From: Candidatus Multivoradales bacterium
GTDB taxonomy: Bacteria > Acidobacteriota > Thermoanaerobaculia > Multivoradales > J023
DNA: 64,000 nucleotides
Assembly: GCA_965248925.1 (NCBI GenBank)
Contig: CBDFLE010000005.1
Span: 2,080,001 to 2,144,000 of the forward strand
Direction: 5' to 3'
The stretch's first letter is position 1. Each line of letters opens with the position of its first letter. Under the pieces are notes generated by a model that was not told the DNA's origin, searched no databases, and saw only the letters and a program-made list of their open reading frames with translations. Below are positions 58,092 through 64,000 of this stretch, piece by piece. A program made the translations under genes and the position numbers.

Positions 58092-61000
58092 CTACCACCG
58101 GCTGGTATCGCCCGATTCGAAACCATCGGCGAAAATCAGCTGCCTTGCTGCCCGCACCACCCACCCGAACCGCCGCACGGAGCCGTTCATCGCAAAGGTG
58201 TAGCTTCCTTCCCCTGCCACCGCGATCCGCTCACCGGTCCGCAAGTCGGTCAGCACCGAGCCGAGGAGGCGCGAGCTTGGCCCCTGCCAACCCAGCGTCA
58301 CTTGTGCCTCAGGATCTGAAGAGCGGACTTCGAAGCTCCAGGCGTCCGCCGCGGATTCGTCCTGCAGAGGATGGTAGTCGGACCCATAGTCGCCAGCATG
58401 ATTACCCCAGTTAGCATGCGGGAACACCACCGTTAGATAAGCATCTCCAAACGGAACCAGCTCTTCGAGATCGTGAGAATCGAAGCCTTGGGCACTGTCG
58501 GCCAGCTGCCCGAAAACGTTGCTGACATCCCGCAACGCTCCGGATTCGGCGGTTAGGCGGATGTACCAACCATTCGCCAAAGCCGACTTTGGGTTACCGC
58601 AAGGCAGCCCCGGCCCGCCGGCAAAAGCGGGGATGCGCAAGCTGATGCCACTCTTCACCGCCGACACCCAGAAACCGTCCCAAGGCACTGTCGTGCCTTC
58701 CATCCCCAGGGTGGTGCCGTCGAAGGTCGCATAAGAAGCGCCGGTCCATTTGTGAGCGATCCGCGACATGACGCAGCCATTGGCGGCGGCGCTCGCTGCT
58801 TGGCAAGCTCCACCCAGGTCCGCCTCGGCCAGGCTCAGCGTGTTGGCGCCATCGACCACCTGCACATCCGCCCAGCAGACGTCGTAGGGATGCGGATGGC
58901 CCACCATGTTGCAGCGACCGGCGGAGTTGCCACAGCCGGCCGGCGAATCGGCGGTGCTGGTCACCAGCGCAATGTCCGAAACCGGGCTGAAGGTCGAACC
59001 CGTGTCGACGGTCGGTGCCACCAAGTTGGTGATGATCCAATAGGCCTCGCCCACATTCAAAATATCGGTGGTGGCCATTTGAACGTAGTTCTGTGCCACC
59101 GCGTCGCGGCGGAAGACCACCCAGTTCGTGCCATAGATACCGGATAGATCGTCGCCGAAAACCTGGGCAACAGTATTCAGCCCACCTGGATTACAGGCCA
59201 GCGAGATCTGCTTCCACTGATTGGGGACTAGGTCGACGGTCTGGTTGCACTGATTGTGGATTTGGAAGCTGGCGGAATCAAGCTTCCAAGCACCACGGCC
59301 CAAGGTGCCCGCCGCAAGAACGTCGTCAGCAGAGTCGTAATCGAGATTGAAGACCGCTGCGTTGGGCAGGGCTGCCAGCCGATCCCAGAGGGTGAAGCCA
59401 CTGCCTGCCAGAGCGACAAAAACACCGGCCGTGCCGCCCACCACCAGGCCATCGCCCGCAGCGCTGGGCAGGTACTCGATCGAGCGCAAGATGCCGGGGT
59501 TGAAGGTCTGCAAATTACCCGTGATGTCGGTCCAGCTGATGTTGCCGTTGGTAGTGCGAAACACTTGGTTGGCGTCGATGACAAAAGCAGCGGCCGAACT
59601 GGCCGGATCCATCACCACCCCAGCAATATTGTCGGTGCTAGCGCCATCGGGGTCGGTGGCGCGAAACCCGGCGCCGGCGGTAGTGGAGATGACAAACTGG
59701 CCACCGACAAAGTAAAAGGCACTGGCATCGCCGATAGCACCGTAGTCCATCGGTCCACCACCATCGAGGAAGTTGATCCCGCCGCCGCTAACCAGCTGAG
59801 TTACCGTGTTGAGCCGGTCGAGGCTCTCGTAGAGGCCGTTGCCGGCGCCGAGGATAACTCGCGACGGAGTGATGGCGTTGACCTTGAGCGGGGTGATGAA
59901 CTGGGGCGCCACCGCCGGCGACCCGCCCAGCGGGGTCAAGGTTGGGAAGACGAAGCTCTGCAAGACGTTGCTGGAGTCGTAGACCACCCGCACCAGGTTG
60001 CCTAGATTCTGCGCGCTCACGTAGCGGGTCGACTGACCGACGACCGGATCGTTGGCCGCCACCGCTACATCGCCGCCGTCACCGCCGAGCAATGCCTCCC
60101 AAAGCACATTGCCGGGAGTGGTCTGAATCGTTGTCCCGTTGTCCTGATTGCCCGAGACGAGAACATTGGAGACCGTGTCGTAGGCGCTGTCGTGCTGCTC
60201 ATTGACCGGCAAGTTACCGATCACCGAAAGCCAGTCGCCGGTCGAACCATTGGGATCGCTATGCCGGTAGATCCCACCGTCGTCGGTTTGGATGAGGTCG
60301 CCGTTGGCGTCAAAGACCAGCTCTCGCGAGTCGGCGTGGGGGGCCGGATCGCTGACCGTGCGAATGGCACCGCCACAGGCCGCGCTGGCCGTGGAGCAGT
60401 TGGTGATCGGCGTCGCCTGGCTGCCCAGCGGTTGGCCGGCGTCGACCCGGAACAGGCGGCCACCAAAATTACTGGCGCCGATCGAGTTGGGGAACTGCAC
60501 TCCCGGCATGCCGTTCTCGTTGTTGGCGGGTTGTCGGTCGCCGCCGAGGAAGACCACATTGTGGTTGCTGGGATCGGCGGCGATCGACATGTGGATACCG
60601 CATTGACCGCCGGGGTGAATGCCGAAAGAAGTGCCCATCTCGGTGGTCGAAGGCAGATCGAGAGTCGTCCAGGTTGCCCCGGCGTTGCCTGAACGAAAAA
60701 GCCCGGCCAGACGACCAGCGCTGCAGATGGCGGCGAAAACGTTGGCGCCGGCACCGCCCGCCGTACCAACACTGATCTCGACCCGGCTGGGACAGGTCGG
60801 AAACAGCAGAGCGTCCATCGCCGCGTTGCTCACCTTGGTCCAAGTTGCACCGGTGTCGGTGCTGCGGTAAACAGCACCGCTGCCGCCTTGAGTGCCGGAA
60901 GTGAATAGCCGGGTGTTGTCGGTAGGGTCGCTGGCCAGATCGAAAGACAGTCCGCAGGGCAATCCGGTCACGCCCACGTTGTTCGAAATCTGGGTGAAGC

Positions 61001-61649
61001 TGGCACCGCTATCGACACTGCGCCAGATGCCCACCTCGCCGCAAGTGAAGGCGTCAGCGTTTGCCACCGCAACGACGATGACGTTGCCGCGGGCGGCGAC
61101 GCCGGTGTTGTTGCGGCCGGCAATAGCGCTCAGTTCCGTCCAGGTTGTACCATCATCGGTGCTGCGCAGCAGACCGCTGCGGGGCCCGCCGAGGCTGGCC
61201 AAAGAGCTGGTACGCCCAATACCCGCCACCAAAGTATTGAAGCTCGGGTCGGTGGGGTCGAGCGCCAACGCGGCGATCGACAGCGAAGTCTGAGCATCGG
61301 TCAGCCGAATCCAACTCGGATTGGCGGCGCTGGCGTCGTCGCTGCGGAAGACCCCACCATTGACCGCGCCGATCCAAACCACATCCGCGTTGGTCGGGTG
61401 AGCCACCACCGCTTCAATAGCACCGCTAATCGGTTGGTTGGGGATGTTCTCCGGCTGCCCGAAGTGAGCCGGACCCGGACCCTGGGGGATCCAAGCGCCA
61501 CCCACCACTTTTGCAACTGGAGGCCGAGCCGGCGCCAACTCCCCCTACTGGGCCGACACCGGAGTGCCCGCTCCGACAACCAGCAGCAGGACCAGCGCGG
61601 CAGACCCAAGCAGTCGCAAGCCTGACAATCTTCGAATCTTCGGCTTCAT
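58092..61649 (-). pseudogene. Large secreted BNR/Asp-box propeller protein with 'IFADGFESGD' C-terminal motif; in-frame TAG at codon 35
   Basis: ATG 61649 encodes signal peptide MKPKIRRLSGLRLLGSAALVLLLVVGAGTPVSAQ, then TAG (61547-61545), then continues in frame into the 1148-aa ORF; Asp boxes, 'HADSR', 'SGNQDNGT', 'GGDGG', 'GTLGRGAW'. Confidence 0.8.
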
Positions 61650-61659
61650 TTTGCCGCCT

Positions 61660-62766
61660 TCATGGAGGGAACGCTCCTCTGAAGGAAGGGTCGCGCAGCG
61701 GCCGCCTCCAGATCATCAGGCCACTGTCGAGACGGACCGCGCGTACTTGGCGCGGTTCTTCGATCAAGCCATCGCCAACCCGGCGGCCATAGGTGGGCTG
61801 GAGGTGGATCAGCCGCGCGCCATCGACCCGGAACCAGGCCTGTGAGCGATGGCTGCGGACCTGCCCCAGGCGCTCGCCGGTGTCGAGGGAGAACACTGAC
61901 CAGCCGTACTCCCGCCATTCGCCGGGCGCGTCCCTTTCGCTGACGATCAAGTGGCGACCATCGGCCGAGCGTTGTTCCAGGAGATAAGGGCCGGCGAAAA
62001 GTTCGACATCGACCAGGCTCTGGCCACTGAGATCCCAGCGCTTGAGCACCAACCGCCCATCAACCACCCGGGTCGCGGCATAGACTTCGCCGGTCATCGC
62101 GGGCGCTGTGGACACTTCCCCCCGTCCAACCCACTGCTGAATTGCTGGCGGCAACGTTGCCGCCAACTGCAAAGTCGTGGGATCCACGGCAACGGCGCGG
62201 CCGGCGAGCAGGTCCAGACGAAAGGCGCCCACTTGCAGCTGTCCGAGTTCCTCACCAGGTTGCGGTGCGATGCCCTTGGCATAACGCCGGAGATGGTCCC
62301 ACAGCAAGTAAGGCACGTCTCGCGATACTTCCACCCGCGCAGTGAAAACCGTACTCATACCTTCGTCGACGGCCACCACGACCCCCGCCGGGAGTTGCAG
62401 TGAAAGCGACTGCCGCCACTCTCCGTCGCCAGCATCGAAGAGCACTACCTCGAGAACGCCGTCAGCCCCGGTCGGCAGCCCCTGAGCGAACAGCAGATCT
62501 TGATGCAGCGCCAGCGGTTTGGCGGCTAGGCGAGTGGTCCACAGAGTTTCGCCGGATGACGCCAGCAACGCGTCGATGCCGCCTTCCGGGTTCATTATGT
62601 AAGCCGAGTGCCCCTCGGAATCAACAACCACGCCTGGGCGTAGACTGGCTGCGTCGACACTTCTAAGCGGCGTTTCGGCCGTCTGGGTGTAGGGCAACGC
62701 GGCGGCCAAGAGCGGCAGAAAAAAGCCACCAAGCAGCCAAAAAGAACGAACTCTAGTCATGTTCAA
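61660..62766 (-). CDS. Secreted hypothetical protein (possible PQQ-like beta-propeller)
   Basis: Signal peptide; 'GGIDAL..SSGETLW', 'FSLDTGE', 'LDSG..IW' repeats. Confidence 0.7.
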   Translation of the reverse strand: MNMTRVRSFWLLGGFFLPLLAAALPYTQTAETPLRSVDAASLRPGVVVDSEGHSAYIMNPEGGIDALLASSGETLWTTRLAAKPLALHQDLLFAQGLPTGADGVLEVVLFDAGDGEWRQSLSLQLPAGVVVAVDEGMSTVFTARVEVSRDVPYLLWDHLRRYAKGIAPQPGEELGQLQVGAFRLDLLAGRAVAVDPTTLQLAATLPPAIQQWVGRGEVSTAPAMTGEVYAATRVVDGRLVLKRWDLSGQSLVDVELFAGPYLLEQRSADGRHLIVSERDAPGEWREYGWSVFSLDTGERLGQVRSHRSQAWFRVDGARLIHLQPTYGRRVGDGLIEEPRQVRAVRLDSGLMIWRRPLRDPSFRGAFPP

Positions 62767-62943
62767 TTGAGTATCTACTCCAGAAAACAGGCACTTAGAA
62801 GGCGATAGATCATAAGCGAGGGTACCTCAGTCCCGTTTTGGCAGCTAGCCCAAAATCCTTGGACTTGACATCGGCTATCATGGCCTCCCCGGCGGGATTT
62901 CGACTGGCCGCGCGGTAGCCGGCGACGAATCGAGGAGATCACG

Positions 62944-63156
62944 ATGTCGAGAAGGGAAACAGATAGGCAGCTGGGATCGCCGGAGGTCTCGGGCGAAGCC
63001 GCTGCTGCCGCATCAGAGAGCGAAACAGCGCGCAGAGCCTATTCGAAGCCGGTGCTCGCCCGCCGAGGCCAAATCCAGCCATCGTTACAGTTCGGCAGTC
63101 CACCGCCGCCGCCATCCCCCAGAGATCGCCCGCGCCTATTGGGCCGCTGGGAGTGA
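62944..63156 (+). CDS. Putative RiPP precursor peptide (YxxPxL leader motif)
   Basis: GAGGAG RBS; 'AYSKPVLARRG' RRE-recognition motif; directly upstream of a PqqD-family gene. Confidence 0.72.
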   Translation: MSRRETDRQLGSPEVSGEAAAAASESETARRAYSKPVLARRGQIQPSLQFGSPPPPPSPRDRPRLLGRWE

Positions 63157-63203
63157 CCGGCCAGCATCCTGGCTGTGCCGCCCAGGAGCGGCCGCGGTTG
63201 AGC

Positions 63204-63470
63204 ATGACTCAACGGATCCGCCGGTCGCCCGCGACCGTGGCGCAGAGTCTGCGCGGAGAGTGCTTGGTGCTCGATCTCGGCACCGGCTTCTACTTCACTC
63301 TCGGCGAGATAGGCGGCTTCATCTGGGAACAGCTCGGAGACCAACCGGATCTCGCGGCCATCGTCCAGCAAATCACCAGCCGCTTCGCCATCGATGCCGC
63401 CACGGCGGAGACTGATCTGCTGGAGTTTGTCGAGCAGCTGCTCGACCAGCAGCTGCTGGAGTTGGAGTGA
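63204..63470 (+). CDS. PqqD-family RiPP recognition element (stand-alone RRE)
   Basis: 'GECLVLDLGTGFYFTLGEIGGFIWEQL', 'AETDLLEFVEQLLDQQLL'. Confidence 0.92.
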   Translation: MTQRIRRSPATVAQSLRGECLVLDLGTGFYFTLGEIGGFIWEQLGDQPDLAAIVQQITSRFAIDAATAETDLLEFVEQLLDQQLLELE

Positions 63471-63522
63471 CTTCCCTTTCTCAGTCGAGCAAACCCTGGC
63501 TCGGCTGAGCTGAGGAGTGGCG

Positions 63523-64000
63523 TTGCGACTAACCATTGGCGAGGATCTGGTCTTTCAGTTCGCAGAACTGCCGAGTGGCTTGCAAGATCGAATCGCCGAG
63601 CGATTCCGCCACTACCTACAGCGACCGGCAGTGTCCTCGCCATCTCCGCTACTCATTTCCACCGCCTTGCCCCCCGCAAACCCATCGGCACCCGAGTCGC
63701 TAGTTGCTTTGCGGCCACCCCTGAGGGTGCAGCGCCAGGGGCGAATCTTGCTCTACCAAGTGCGGGGGGTGACGGGTTGGTGTGATCCGCAAACTGGCCG
63801 CGGCGGCATCCACGTTGGCGCGGCGGAACCCTCGGCCCTCGACAGTTTTGCCGCCATGGCGATCCCTTCGATGCTCTTCGAGCTGGCCGCGAATCGGGGA
63901 TGGTTGGGCGTCCACGCGGCAGCGATAGTGATGAATGGCCGCGGTATTCTCTTGCCCGGCCCCAGTGGAGCTGGTAAATCCACTTTGTTCGAACTCGCCC
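63523..64000 (+). CDS. HPr kinase-related P-loop kinase; 3'-partial, absent from the ORF track
   Basis: GAGGAG RBS and TTG start; my translation is open to the window edge and ends 'WLGVHAAAIVMNGRGILLPGPSGAGKSTLFELA' (HprK-like His + Walker A). Confidence 0.85.
   Translation, partial: MRLTIGEDLVFQFAELPSGLQDRIAERFRHYLQRPAVSSPSPLLISTALPPANPSAPESLVALRPPLRVQRQGRILLYQVRGVTGWCDPQTGRGGIHVGAAEPSALDSFAAMAIPSMLFELAANRGWLGVHAAAIVMNGRGILLPGPSGAGKSTLFELA

Noticed and set aside
61545-61547. Pyrrolysine or genetic-code reassignment of TAG
   Set aside because: Many intact genes in the window end in TAG and no pyl genes are seen; simple mutation or error is more parsimonious
62865-62881. TTGACA...TATCAT as a sigma70 promoter for the precursor
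   Set aside because: The spacing between the hexamers is only 5 bp
62944-63156. Canonical lasso peptide
   Set aside because: No leader Thr at -2, no Asp/Glu at ring position 7-9, and no cyclase visible in the window
1-64000. CRISPR array, rRNA or tRNA genes
   Set aside because: No regularly spaced repeat-spacer array, rRNA-like tract or tRNA cloverleaf recognised by eye; the repeats found are coding or short tandems

Overview
GC-rich bacterial window, probably from an Acidobacteriota/Thermoanaerobaculia-like organism. This is an inference from the TIGR02999 ECF/Ser-Thr kinase pairs and an 'IFADGFESGD' C-terminal motif. No rRNA, tRNA or CRISPR array was seen. Five blocks: (1) 1-16.2 kb is a contractile-injection/T6SS neighbourhood. 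It holds a DUF6519-like/Kelch protein, a PIN-type TA pair, a candidate Cys-His-Asp effector, a pentapeptide-repeat protein, a DUF4157 protein and PAAR. It also holds an unusual operon fadL-like barrel > IPT/TIG lipoprotein > tssJ > tssL > tssM, with no tssK, baseplate or sheath genes in the window. (2) 16.2-29.5 kb has a Trm112-fused methyltransferase, a DEAD-box helicase, an AraC/TPR-like regulator and a probable peptidoglycan-scavenging locus (lysA, serine hydrolase, Na+ symporter, GH3-beta-lactamase fusion). (3) 29.5-44 kb has two divergent ECF sigma/kinase pairs around an IS cluster (IS4 relic; IS1182/IS5-like element nested in an ISL3), followed by an S8 protease with FG-GAP repeats. (4) 44.8-58 kb is a degenerate tandem duplication. 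In the left copy the central gene is replaced by a kinase / sigma54-promoter gene / frameshifted FHA-sigma54 activator cassette. The intact copy has a YfhO-methyltransferase fusion, a BNR propeller with three Cys-rich repeats and an S24/S26 peptidase. (5) 58-64 kb has large secreted propeller proteins (one with an in-frame TAG right after its signal peptide) and the start of an RRE-dependent RiPP-like cluster (YxxPxL precursor, PqqD, HprK-like kinase). All calls come from motif reading only; no database searches were run.
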